This document shows positions 13,791 through 26,470 of a stretch of 64,000 bases of DNA, one piece after another. Position 1 is the first letter of the stretch, and every line of letters begins with the position of its first letter. The notes beneath the pieces were generated by a model. It made no database searches, was not told the origin of the DNA, and saw only the letters and a program-made list of their open reading frames with translations. Source of the DNA: Octopus vulgaris (taxonomy: Eukaryota). Location: positions 3,410,001 through 3,474,000 of the forward strand of contig OX597817.1 of the NCBI GenBank assembly GCA_951406725.2, read 5' to 3'. The position numbers were made by a program, and so were the translations under genes.

Positions 13791-14621
13791 GTTGCGTGTG
13801 TGTATGCGATTTACTGGTATTTTGAGCTTCTTCGACGTAAAAATATTTTTTGTAACCGCGACCGTCATAGAATCAATAAAATGTGTACTAAGTCTGATAC
13901 TATCCATGAAAATCGGAGAAGGCTTCTCCCCAGCATGGCTGCAAGCAAACTAATGCCGTTGTTGAAGGAATACGGGAGGACATAATATAAACACACAGAC
14001 ACACACACTCACCCCACCCACAGACACATGTACATACACAGCGAGCTGCCCACTGTGAAATGTTGGAACCAAATTTGTATAAACAGGTTATGAAATTACC
14101 GCCAAAATAAATGTCTCTTTTTCCAAAAAGAAATACATACATATGAAATATATTCGTTTGTGAAAAAATTATTTACTTTTTGTAATAAATCATATGTTAA
14201 TTCACGGCAAAGAAAAACAGCTTCGATTTAATTTTGATGCGAACAAAACCAAAACAATATATGCTTCACAAAAATACATGAATAGACCCAAATATGTAAT
14301 GATCAGGAGAGGGAAATGTTTCACTTATTTGAGTGATTTTTCAACCGATGAAAAAGATAAAAAAACAGAAAACGAAATATTATATTCCTCAAAGAATATA
14401 TTTTATAACTTAAGAAAGGAAAATTTACGGATTTGGAAGATGATAAGTAACCTTTTTTGGGCCTCATATTTGTTGTGTCTCAATAGAGACAGTAAAAACT
14501 ATGAGATAAGATGAAAAAACTTAACAGGTAAACTTAGTGCACAGTTGTTCCAAGAGAACCAAGTGGTTGGATTTACCTTAAACAGAAGGAAATGGTGAAG
14601 GAAATGTATTCAATTATATAT

Positions 14622-14926
14622 GGAGGCACGTGGCCTAGTGGTTAGAGCAGTGGATTCCCGGTCGAGGGATCGCGGGTTCGTATGTCAGACCGGGCGGTGT
14701 GTGTGTTTATGAGCGAAACACCTAAGCTCCAAGCGGCTCCGGCAGAAGGTCATGGCGAACTTCTGCTGACTCTTTCGCCACAGCTTTCTCTCACTCTTTC
14801 CTCATGCATCTTTCAGCTCACCTGCGACGGACCGGCGTGCCGTCCAGGTGGGGAACCTATACGTCAAGGAAACTGGGAAACCGGCCCTTATGAGCCAGGT
14901 GAGGCTCGAGATGGAAAGAAAAACCA
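14622..14926 (+). mobile_element. tRNA-derived SINE family B with 12-bp TSD
   Basis: A-box tggcctagtggtt, B-box ggttcgtat; TSD attcaattatat at 14608-14619 and 14927-14938. Confidence 0.88.
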
Positions 14927-16830
14927 ATTCAATTATATCAGCAGAAAGTTATGAATGGGCTCATATTCCGCCAGCGAGAAAATATCGACAGCATGGAGAG
15001 GAATAGTAACCTCCTCTGGACATGATAGATACGTCACATCTCAACAAGAAAGCTACGAATTTGCTATTCAGGAACTGCATAGCGATCCTAAATATCTGAC
15101 TAATAAGAGGGAAAATGATGCTTCCAAGCCTCCACGCTGGGATAAATGTTGACTGTGCCATACCAATGTGGGAAAAATCGGTCGCGTTATTTTCTACTAT
15201 CAGCTACGAATTGAAAGAGAAAAAAGGTGTACCAGATGCATCTATGCTGAGTACAAGAAAGAAACCATGATTTTACAAATTCATAGATTGTAACTTAAAT
15301 TATCTTTTTTCTTTCTTTTCTCTCTAGCGAGCGATTTCAAAATTGAAAACTGATGAGGTTTTCCCCTTTACGTGGTCATTCGCATTTTACCATCTTAAAA
15401 GTAGGGCACGTTGAACTAGTTACACAAGTCGCTGGTATGCAAATACATGCTCAATTAGGATTAAACTGCATTAAACACAGAGTAATCCTAATTGACGAGA
15501 ATGTTTGAATCTTCAGTCGACCACTTTGCTTTTGTTCGGCTGACCGAATAAACTTTCTATACTTCACCTCAGGAACTGCGTACTTTTACTGCCCTTCGTT
15601 ACAATTAATATATGTACGTATGTATGTCTGCGTGTGTGTGCTTATATATATATATATTACTTATTTCAGTCACTGAACTCAGGCTATACTTGCATAGTGC
15701 GACTCCAGCGGTTGTTTTAGTCTGTAGAGTGTGTGCATATAATTTTAGTACACAGGTGCAATAGCTTGTACTCTGCAAGAGTAGTTAACCCTGATGATGG
15801 ATTAAATTTTGTACCCTAGAACAGGAACTGTTGCTCCAGTAGGCTTTTATATACAGTGAGGTTGCCATAGTCTTCAAGTACCAAATTTCACTATCAAGGT
15901 ATTGATTGTCCCGAAGCTGCAGTAGAAGACAATGGTATCTAACCTGGAATTATGTATTTGCTATGTAAAGTAAGTTAGAGGTGGGAGAGGACTCCGTGGC
16001 TTTGAAATTCGCTTCGTTGAATGAAAGCATTTTCAGTAGGTTTCATTCAATGGAACCACTTATTATATTAGTGTGTAAATTACCAATAATTCTACGGACA
16101 CTTAACGTGACTCTTTGGCAGAATCAGCGTGACACAGTGAGTGATAAAACTGGCTCTTTGATTATAGGTGCAATCCACCCGACGGAATTGCACACACTTT
16201 CCACTTTCAGTCGACCCAGTTTCATTCACATGTCTTATAGGTTGGCGTTGTGAACGTAGACACTCAAGATGTCAACCATTGAATTAGATTACTGATCTCA
16301 TGATTGCGAACGGAACTTCTTGGTCACTTATATATTCATGCATACACACATTTACTTCAGTCGATAAAATATATGATCAGTTGCATTTCATCCGCGACCG
16401 CTCCGACTTTTCTCTTTTAAGATACAGAGCGTGATATAAGGGAGGTTGGATCTCTATTCAAAGTAGGTTGAGTGACAACATAGACAATCCTTCGCTAGTT
16501 CCTTGTACCAATCGTATACTGAAATATTTTTACATTAACAACTGTTCTTACGCCTTATCTAAAAGAAGCAGAAGTTAAATCCTTATCAGTATCAGATTAA
16601 AAATAAAATTATCACCCACTGAACTTGAACTATTTATGCAACTACTTACAGTTGCAAGCTTACAATTGAGAAATTGCGTGTCAGACATTGACATTAAAAC
16701 GAATGAGCATTGTTTAATATCATTAGGAATATAATCAGGTCATCGTTATGTCACGCTGTCACGCTTGGTAATAAGGTTGTTCAAATGAAATTATGTGAGC
16801 TGATAGACGCAGCGTACCTAGATATCTATA

Positions 16831-16873
<43 letters not shown>

Positions 16874-17357
16874 GTGCGGGCGTGTGAGCATTGTATTTTA
16901 CATAGTCTCGTTTGTTCAGGATATTGAATTCAAATCCTAGCAGGTATCAACTTTTGGTTTTCATTCCGCTGATGACCTACGAAACTAGTACTGATGTTGT
17001 TCGCTCTGATCAAGTAGACTTATAAAGGAAGCATTCCCGCCAGAACAATCCCTCATTGTTAGAAACATTGTGTTTAGCTCTCTTGTGTTCAACTTCTTTA
17101 TTTACACTGTGACATTATTACATCATTTGCTCTTCATATTATCTTTGTTATTCGTAATATTGTCTTAAATACGAAAATGACAGTGTTATCTGTCTATTTT
17201 CTGGATATGTTTCCTTTATTTTTAAAGTTAACAAAATGTGGTTCGGGAGAAATTTTGTTTCTAGCAGGACGAGGGGCTTCGTAGAGACTCTCAATACATT
17301 TACTACTGTATGGGATAGTGAATGATTTCAGAATCCCTTAATAACAATTAGACTTTT

Positions 17358-17395
<38 letters not shown>

Positions 17396-17396
<1 letters not shown>

Positions 17397-17561
17397 GCCA
17401 TGATAGATCGTTAGCCACTACACACATTTTTTCTCTCCTTGTTTTTTTCTCTGTCCCTTTCTGTAGAAGAGCGTAGTCTCGAAACGTAAAAAACTTTTTC
17501 TATTCCTGAGCGTTATACTAACACCACCTGTCTTCGTCTCTTGTCTTTTTTAGTAAACTCT

Positions 17562-17564
<3 letters not shown>
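17396..17564 (+). mobile_element. Short (TA)n-embedded element with a variant minimal hammerhead (Penelope-like pLTR remnant)
   Basis: Flanked on both sides by (TA)n; cttt-CTGTAGA-a-gag cgtagt ctc-GAAA-cg-TA-aaa at 17457-17491; shares cctgagcgt with the 20316-20499 element. Confidence 0.6.
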
Positions 17565-17625
<61 letters not shown>

Positions 17626-17690
17626 GTATATAAAACATAAGTAAATGCAGTAAAAGAATTTGGAAAAGCTTTCTGTGGAGTAGCTAGTTG

Positions 17691-17781
17691 AACATAAGTT
17701 AATGGTTCTACCTCTTACATCTTTTCAGTCTGCGTGCAAAAGAGGCTGAAAAGATGTAAGGGATGGAATCATTAACATGTT
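17691..17781 (+). ncRNA. Pre-miRNA-like hairpin (candidate only)
   Basis: 34-nt arms 17698-17731 and 17743-17776: 29 WC pairs, 4 G:U, 1 C-A mismatch, 11-nt loop, basal aacat/atgtt. Confidence 0.35.
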
Positions 17782-17971
17782 ATTCCCATGGCAGTACAAT
17801 GTTACTGTGTCCCATTGGGGACATGGTGTCATTGTGTCTTTAAACAGCTCAAAGTCAGTCGCTGCACATATCAAGGAAATGCTCTTATCACCCTATCTAA
17901 TAATAGACAGCACGCATTTAAACTCCTCTAAATGGCTACAAATGTTAGCTCTCATATTCAGTGATAATTTT

Positions 17972-18154
17972 TTCTGGATATCTCAGTCTTACAAATATAA
18001 CAAAAAAAAAGCCCGTGTCCCCAAAAATTAACTACCTTCTTTTGTAACCAGATAATAATACTTCAACCCTGAATAATGAGATACAACTCAAACTACTGGA
18101 ATTATGCTACTACTAAGCACAAAACTCCCAGACAGTATCCGAAACATAGTCATC
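17972..18154 (+). repeat. Dispersed ~180-bp repeat, copy 1 (copy 2 at 23026-23202)
   Basis: Shared aatacttcaaccctgaataatgagatacaactcaaa...ggaattatgct...cagacagtatccgaaa. Confidence 0.85.
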
Positions 18155-18396
18155 CGGTTTACTAGCAACTATTCAATCACCAACAAATTTCAATCCCTAG
18201 TCCACAGATCCGTTCTCTACTAAACATTGCGCGTCAACTGTTTCAACAATGGTCACCGCTCGCCAGGGCTTGATAAATTACATACTACTCCGCTCAAGCT
18301 CTCTCGTCGCTGTTTCTTCACTCATTACTCATTCTGTGCTTCCTCTCCAAAACCGCGCTATGTCCAGATCTTTCTTTCCGAATGTAACAACACGTT

Positions 18397-18702
18397 CGTC
18401 GCCCTTTTCAAGCCCAGCCAGGCTCACGGGCCCGGTTTCCCGGTTTCTGTGGCGTATTTGTTTCCCCCAGCTGGATGGGACACCAGTCCATCGCAACGTT
18501 ACTCAAGAAACAGGAAGAGAGAGTGAGAGAAAGTTGTGGCGAAAGAGTATAACAGGGGTCGCCACCATCCATTGCCGGAGCCTCGTTGAGCTTTTAGGTA
18601 TTTTCGCTCAATAAACACACACAACGCCCGGTTTGAGAATCGAAACCGCGATCCTCCGACCGCGAGTCCGCTGCCCTAACCACTGGGCCATTGCACCTCC
18701 AC
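18397..18702 (-). mobile_element. SINE family B
   Basis: Reverse complement of the ggaggtgcaatggcccagtggttagggcagcggactcgcggtcggaggatcgcggtttcgattc head. Confidence 0.88.
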
Positions 18703-18924
18703 GTAACACACGTTGGAATTCCATTATTACCTACGTTTTTCTCTGAAGCATTCATTTTAAGCTTGATATCAACCGTATTTATCTCACCGGGCTCGGAGGA
18801 CTGGGAAAGTCATGGGCACGGTCCCTTCCTCCTGACCGATTCTGATGAACATCATATTACAAGAGATTTCTTTTCAGTTTCTGGATAGTATTTCCAGTTA
18901 AATTAATTTCATTTTACTTATCCT

Positions 18925-19190
18925 CTTATATGTTTCAGTCCAATGACTGTGGCCATGCTGGAGCACCGCCATTGTGATCATCTTTCCACTTTTCACCTTT
19001 GTCGAAGCGACTTCTGGTGAAGGATGTAGTTCGATGCTACATCCCTGTTTTGAGTTCCCTGCTTAGATATTGGCTCATCCGGGATCTCGGCGATCCAGAG
19101 GTCAAGTTCACGTTTGAAAACGTCTACATCTACTCCATGGAGGTTCCTCAGATGCTTCGGCAGACAGTTACTTGCGACATATCTTTTGAA
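18925..19190 (-). mobile_element. CR1-clade LINE 3' end
   Basis: NCLPKHLRNLHGVDVDVFKRELDLWIAEIPDEP is a CR1 ORF2 C-terminus; 3' UTR ends ggcggtgctccagcatggccacagtcattggactgaaac. Confidence 0.8.
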
Positions 19191-20258
19191 GAAGTTGATA
19201 ACATCATATTTATCCCTTTTCTCCCCTAACACGAAAAAATACATACTATGTATAAATCACATAGCAATTATAGATTTGTGTTTAAAAGGCAGAGTCAATT
19301 GAACTAGTATGAAAACAATACAAAGAGTTTAGGTCAAATCAGCTCAGTGAGTCTCATCCCTTTCCGAGGTGAAGCTCCAGAAGAAATTGATTCAACATTT
19401 CAAGTCAGTGTAACATAGGTCAATTTTTAAACTGTTATATCTATCGGAATGAGAGAATCAAAATAATTTGATCATAGACTTACGTGAGTACTGATGACTG
19501 TATACGAATCACATTATTTTTTAAAATAAATAATCAGACGTTCTACCAATACGGCTCGAAACAAAATTTTACTTTCTAATTCAACAAATTGATAAATCTA
19601 TATGACTTTTGATATAGTATTACTAAAAATTAGCAAAAAAATTAGCAAATCAATAAATAAACGTTGCTACCTTTAGTTTTTTGTTTGTCTGGTTATTTGT
19701 TTCTTTTTTTTTCTACACCTATGGTAATATATTTTCCTCAGTTTTATATTTCAAAATGTTTCCAGCTCAATGTTTAAGATGATATTTATTTTATCTAAAA
19801 ATGCGTTTTGAATGTTTACTGAAGAATGGAATAAAAATACAAGTAACACCATAAAAAAGAAGAACACTAAGGTAAAAAGCAAACAAAATAAAAAGCAAAT
19901 ATCCACATGAGATGAAACCTCTTCAGAACAGAAATTAAATTCGAGTAAATAAATATATAAATAGATTATCTTATATGTTTTTCCTGCAACATTAAAAAAA
20001 AATATCTGGATATACTATTTTAAAGTATTCCTCATCAACCATCTGCAAAGGTAGAGTAACTTCCCAGAACAGATCCATCGGTTTGCACTCACTAATCATA
20101 ATCAAAGGTCATAGATCTGTGACGGCACCAACAGCAGAGACCAGTAACGACCGAAGGTGGTACCCGTATGATTCTAAACTCAATGACATAAACGAACTAA
20201 AGGATTAAAGTTTTAAGGTACTAAAGCTGAAGCAAAAGCTGTTCTTTAGATAAATATG

Positions 20259-20315
<57 letters not shown>

Positions 20316-20316
<1 letters not shown>

Positions 20317-20499
20317 AAGTTAATCCAAACATGAAAACACAATAACGCGAGGATGTGGAACAAGTATAGTGTTATTGGACGCTCAGGAAAGGAAAGAAAG
20401 AAGGAGCATTTAACGTTTCGAGCGGAGCTCTTCGTCAGAAACTTAGAAAAAGGAAAGGTCAAAGGAAGGGAAGACGGAGGAAGAAAATCGCCAACGATA
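20316..20499 (-). mobile_element. Short microsatellite-embedded element with a minimal type-I hammerhead (Penelope-like pLTR remnant)
   Basis: Minus strand gttt-CTGACGA-a-gagc tcc gctc-GAAA-cg-TT-aaat (20408-20442); lies between (TA)n and (CA)n. Confidence 0.7.
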
Positions 20500-20933
20500 C
20501 ACACACACACACATAAACACACATATATATTACTCTTGGAAATAATAATTGCTGAGAATTTTTGAAAAGTGCTCAGTGATAAATTTGTAAGAATTTCGTG
20601 GACAATTAGTAAACTGCTGTTGTTCGATATCGTTAACTGTTTCACACGCACACACACACACACACACACACACTCACAGAAAGATAAGTAGATAGAGTAG
20701 ATTGAGAAGTTGGCGTTGCAAGTTAGGTTCACAATCAGTGCGTAGCGTCTGAGGCAAATGTCGATTGAGATAACCTTGAGAAGACCAAAGCCAGCGAGTG
20801 AAATTCGGCAGACAGAACGAATTTGCTTTTTAATCTTATTTTCACAACTATACAATAAAAACAGAAAGTAGCATGCCTGAGGCTGTTTAGTAATCCACGA
20901 TTATTCAGGAACACAATACAGATTTACAATATT

Positions 20934-21548
20934 CTTTTCTACTGTAGGCACAAGGTCCGAAATTTTTGGTGAGGCGGGGCAGTCGATTAGATCGACCCCA
21001 GTACGTAACTGGTACTTAATTTATCGAATCCGAAAGGATGAAAGGCAAAGTAGACCTCGGCAGAATTTGAACTCAGAAAGTAACGGCAGACGAAATACCA
21101 CTAAGCATTTCACCCAACATGCTAACGTTTCTTATTTCTTTATTGCCCACAAGGGGCTAAACATAGAGGGGACAAACAAGGACAAACAAAGGGATTAAGT
21201 TGATTACATCGACCCCAGTGCATAACTGGTACTTATTTTATCAACCCAGAAAGGATGAAAGGCAAAGTCGACTTCGGCGGAATTTGAACTCAGAACGTAG
21301 CGACGGGCGAAATACCTATTTCTTTACTACCCACAAGGGGCTAAACACAGAGAGGACAAACAAGGGCAGACAAACGGATTAAGTCGATTACACTGACCCC
21401 AGTGCGTAACTGGTGCTTATTTAATCGACCCCAAAAGGATAAAAGGCAAAGTCGACCTCGGCGGAATGTGAACTCAGAACGTAACGGCAGACGAAATACG
21501 GCTACGCATTTCTCCCGGCGTGCTAACGTTTCTGCCAGCTCGCCGCTT
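20934..21548 (-). mobile_element. Trimeric SINE family A (two tail-A units plus a terminal tail-B unit) with one TSD
   Basis: Three gaggtcgactttgcctttcatcc-type bodies; TSD tacagatttacaRtatt at 20917-20933 and 21549-21565. Confidence 0.88.
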
Positions 21549-23025
21549 TACAGATTTACAGTATTGCAACAGCTCTGTAGTCTTTTGCTTTAATCCTTCA
21601 TGGGGGGCCTTTTCTGCTCATGATTTCTCTGACAACAGCTTTATTACCACTATCCAAATTAGTTAAATACATTGATCCCTCTCTTTACTTCAGTCTGCAT
21701 TGTCATTTATATCTGCTAATTAGCTGGATCTACGCATTTTCCCTGTAGATTGCACCTGACGTTAAACGTGCTCTGCGCCTTATCCGAACATAAACTGTAA
21801 AATAAATAATGGACATAGCTCCGTTTGAAATATTCCTCTATATTTTCTAGAATTAAGAATCTACTATTCCTAAATTGGTTTCCAAGAAATATGCTAGCGT
21901 AGCACAAAAGAAGAAACGCATCTAGAAATCATCGCTCCTTGGTGTTAATTTTCAGATGACAATATTTTATTCATGATCAAAGTTGTCCTATTCTGATTTC
22001 AAAATCCCGCTTAGATCACTATCATACTGAAATAAACTCTTCTGGATAGACTGATAACTACTCAAAAGGGCACCGAATTGAAAGGAGTTTACGTCTTTAT
22101 TGAGGAGGGACAATCAAAGGGTAAATAGTGCTCAATAGATAACTATGGTGGTGATGGTGGGCAGAAGACATTTTGCGATTCTTGTGGTGTTGAAATTGTT
22201 GCTTAGCATCATATTATTCTGATTGAGCATGCCTATGATGAAAGAAATTCCAGTTGAAACCACCACATTCTTTCGACGTAGTTTATTTTAGACTACATTA
22301 CCCAGTATGGATCGCCTTTTTTTTTCAAAAGTGGTAGGATGTGATTTGATTGCCACTTTTTTTTTCACAATATCACAAATGTCCTTATACATTATTATCG
22401 TCTTGGAAGGTGGTGATATTGTATAAACAAATTAAGAATACAGTTCCTATTATTGTCTGCAAAGAGGTAGGACACTGTATATAGGAAACAGGAAGTCCCT
22501 CACTTCAGTGGAATTGGGAGCCAGATGAGATTAACGTTTTAGTAGACTGGAGTTCTTAGGATAGAGCTTAAATTGGTGGAGGTAAAATATGCTGTAGAAT
22601 TTATATATGTACATGTGTGTGTGTTATCAGAAAATATTTCAGGCTAAAGGATTGCCTGTATTATTTGTTACATGATTTACAGGAAAAGAAAACACTACAT
22701 AAAATGATTACAATGGAGAGATAAGGATAGCACAGAAGGTTGAAGGGTAGTGATCATTATAGGAATAGAACAGACAAAATTGTCGGGAAAAATTTATAGG
22801 TGATGATGGACCAAGAATAGAACATTTTCAGCAAGACAACTTTATCAGCTTTGCAGCTGAAATAAAAGGTGTAATATATTTGCTTAAGACTGAAGAAACC
22901 AAATTTCAGTTTTTTTTTGCTGTTTAAATTCATTGTCACCATTTTCTTCAAGTAATCCGCCAAGAAGTGTGAGCGAGGATCGAGTATGACGATACTGGCG
23001 TAATTTTTTATTCAGTGATAGCTTC

Positions 23026-23202
23026 TTCTGGATATCTGTCTTAAAAATATAACATAACAAAACATGTGTCCCAAAAATTAACTGTCTTTTTTAGTAACCA
23101 GAAAATACTTCAACCCTGAATAATGAGATACAACTCAAAGAACTGGAATTATGCTGCTAATATGCACAAAATTCTCAGACAGTATCCGAAATATAGTCAG
23201 CC
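23026..23202 (+). repeat. Dispersed ~180-bp repeat, copy 2
   Basis: Similar to 17972-18154. Confidence 0.85.
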
Positions 23203-24376
23203 GTAAGACCGGTGAAAGTGGGTCGAACAGCCTTTTTATATATGTTCATGTTTAGCCCAGAAGAGGCTTGGTAAAGCAGGCCTATAACTAAAAGCATACA
23301 AGTCGTAACCATCCTGTCTTTTTTTTCTTTTTTGCTTTACAGTCCGCGTGTATCTAAGATTACATTACCCAACGTGTCATTTCTTCTAAATCTGTGGGCT
23401 CTGATAATAGATTATGTGGATACTATATACCTATTATGGACAGTGACCGTGTAGAGGCTTCCCTGTTAGCTTGTTTGTTTTGTTTTATTTAAGGGAGTGT
23501 ACGGCAGTTCATAATATCAAATCATATCGTTTCGTATCTCTTTGTAGACTTCTCATCTCTCTCTCTCTTTTTTTTGCTACCAGTTATTATTAGAATTGTT
23601 TTCATCATTATTGTCTAAAGAACTGAAAACATTTTAATTATATCTTTTACATGTTCCTCAGATACAGATACTAAGACAATTACTATTGACAACCAATTAA
23701 TACACATAAAAAAAAAAAACCGTTCAACCAATAATGTTTCTTGACCTGACCATATCGGTATATTTTCGCTTTCCCTTCAATTTCTTCTTTTTTTAACAAA
23801 ACTCAGTTTTTTCCTCTTGACGGAGAAAAATATGAATGAATGACTAACTAACTAAACAGATAAATTATTGGACAAATAAGCGCGCATGTAACACAATCCT
23901 CAAATCTGTTAGATGTTTCGCAAAGGATAATTCTATAGAATGTTATAAAATAAGAGATACAAAACAAATATTTAAATACACGAATCAGATGTAAATAAAT
24001 ATAAATGTATAAATAAAAAAAAAAAAAAACTTGAAGATTTCCTTAGCAATCACTGCAAATAATTACTTTGGCATAATCCCAAGTCTAGTGCCATATCTGC
24101 TTATTCTGAAGCATCGACTTTATTCATGGTTACACATGTTCTGAAAAAGATATATAATGTTGAATGCCTTTGTTCCCATACCTCATGTTTTTTTTCCCTA
24201 ATTCATCCCTTATTCTTATTTAGTATCAATCTTTATAGAATTGCTTTCGTGGATAATACAGGTATAGAAGGTTGACGTTTGTGTATACGTGGGTGTTCAT
24301 ATTTCCTGTGCATATTAAACATTTGTGTCCCGCTTTAATTTTGTAAGTGTGCTTTTTGACATGAAAGTTTGAGTGC

Positions 24377-24409
<33 letters not shown>

Positions 24410-25952
24410 TGTATGAATGTATGTATGTGTGTATGTATGTATGTGTGTATGTATGTATGTATGTATGTATGTATGTATGTATGTGTGTATGTATGTATGA
24501 ATGTATGTATGTGTGTATGTATGTATGTATGTATGTATGAATGTATGTATGTATGTATGTATGTATGTATGTGTGTATGTATGTATGTATGTATGTATGT
24601 ATGTATGTATGTATGTATGTATGCATGCATGTATGTATGTATGTATGTATGTATGTATGTATGTATGTATGTATGTATGTATGTATGTATGTATGTATGT
24701 ATGTATGTATGTATGTATGAATGTATGTATGTATGTATGTATGTATGTATGTATGTATGTATGTATGTATGTGTGTATGTATGTATGTATGTATGTATGT
24801 ATGTATGTATGTATGTATGTATGTATGTATGTATGTATGTATGTATGTGTGTATGTATGTATGTATGTATGTATGTATGTATGTATGTATGTATGAATGC
24901 ATGCATGCATGTATGTATGTATGTATGTATGTATGTATGTATGTATGTATGTATGTATGTATGTATGTATGTATGTATGTATGAATGCATGCATGTATGT
25001 ATGTATGTATGTATGTATGTATGTATGCATGCATGTATGTATGTATGTATGTGTGTATGTATGTATGTATGTATGTATGTATGTATGTATGTATGTATGT
25101 ATGTATGTATGTATGTATGTATGTATGTATGTATGTATGTATGTATGTGTGTATGTATGTATGTATGCATGCATGTATGTATGTATGTATGTATGTATGA
25201 ATGCATGCATGTATGTATGTATGTATGTATGTATGTATGTATGTATGTATGTATGTATGTATGTATGAATGCATGCATGCATGTATGTATGTATGTATGT
25301 ATGAATGCATGCATGTATGTATGTATGTATGTATGTATGTATGTATGTATGTATGTATGTATGTATGTATGTATGTATGTATGTATGTATGTATGTGTGT
25401 ATGTATGTATGTATGTATGCATGCATGTATGTATGTATGTATGTTTGTATGTATGTATGTATGTATGTATGTATGTATGTATGTATGTATGTATGTATGT
25501 ATGTATGTATGTATGTATGTATGTATGAATGTATGTATGTATGTATGAATGTATGTATGTATGTATGTATGTATGTATGTGTGTATGTATGTATGTATGT
25601 ATGTATGTATGTATGTATGTGTGTATGTATGAATGCATGCATGTATGTATGTATGTATGTATGAATGTATGTATGTATGTATGTATGTATGAATGCATGC
25701 ATGTATGTATGTATGTATGTATGTATGTATGTATGTATGTATGTATGTATGTATGTGTGTGTATGTATGTATGTATGTATGTATGTATGTGTGTGTGTAT
25801 GTATCTATGTATGTATGTATGTATGTATGTGTGTGTGTATGTATGTATGTATGTATGTATGTATGTATGTATGTATGTATGTGTGTGTGTATGTATGTAT
25901 GTATGTATGTATGCATGTATGTATGTATGTTTGTATGTATGTATGTATGTAT
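24377..25952. repeat. ~1.6-kb (TATG)n microsatellite with variant units (TGTG, AATG, CATG)
   Basis: Direct reading; source of the HTYI/MYVC ORFs. Confidence 0.97.
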
Positions 25953-26112
25953 AACTTTTGAAGGACATCAGTTTTCTTTCCAAGTAAAAATCAACATTAC
26001 ATTAAATACAACGCTTCAGCATGAAAAGGAGTGATGGAGTGATTATATATATATATATATATATATACATAGTATCTCTTTAAAATTATATGTATGTACC
26101 TACCTACCTATT

Positions 26113-26311
26113 GGAGGCATATGGCCTAGTGGTTAGAGCATCGGACTCGAATCTCAGACCGGGCGATGTGTGTATTTATGAGCGAAACACCTAAGCTCCA
26201 CGCGGCTCCGGTAGAAGGTAATAGCGTCCCGTCCAGGTGGGGAACCTATACGCCAAGGAAACTGGGGAACCGGCCCTTATGAGCCAGACATGGCTCGAGA
26301 AGGAACAAAAA
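26113..26311 (+). mobile_element. Internally deleted SINE family B
   Basis: ggaggcatatggcctagtggttagagc head and ggaaactggg...ccttatgagcc tail, as in 14622-14926. Confidence 0.8.
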
Positions 26312-26470
26312 CCCACCCATCCATCCATCCATCCATCCATCCATCCATCCATCCATCCATCCATCCGTCCGTCCGTCCGTCCGTCCGTCCGTCCGTCCGT
26401 CCGTCCGTCCGTCCGTCCGTCCGTCCGTCTATCTATCTAAATATCTAAATATCTATCTATCTATCTATCT

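Noticed and set aside
14622-14690. tRNA-like sequences at SINE heads
   Set aside because: A and B boxes are present but run into SINE bodies with no complete cloverleaf; not tRNA genes
15791-15835. CTGATGA...GAAcaggaactgtt
   Set aside because: Incomplete GAAA and no stem I or II; too degenerate to call
16969-16991. CTGATGA-cctac-GAAA-ctag-TA hammerhead-like string
   Set aside because: No stem II or stem I pairing, and it lies in a decayed family A SINE; probably chance
24226-26034. Long ORFs of up to 585 aa (HTYI/MYVC repeats)
   Set aside because: Translations of a stop-free (TATG)n microsatellite; no coding evidence
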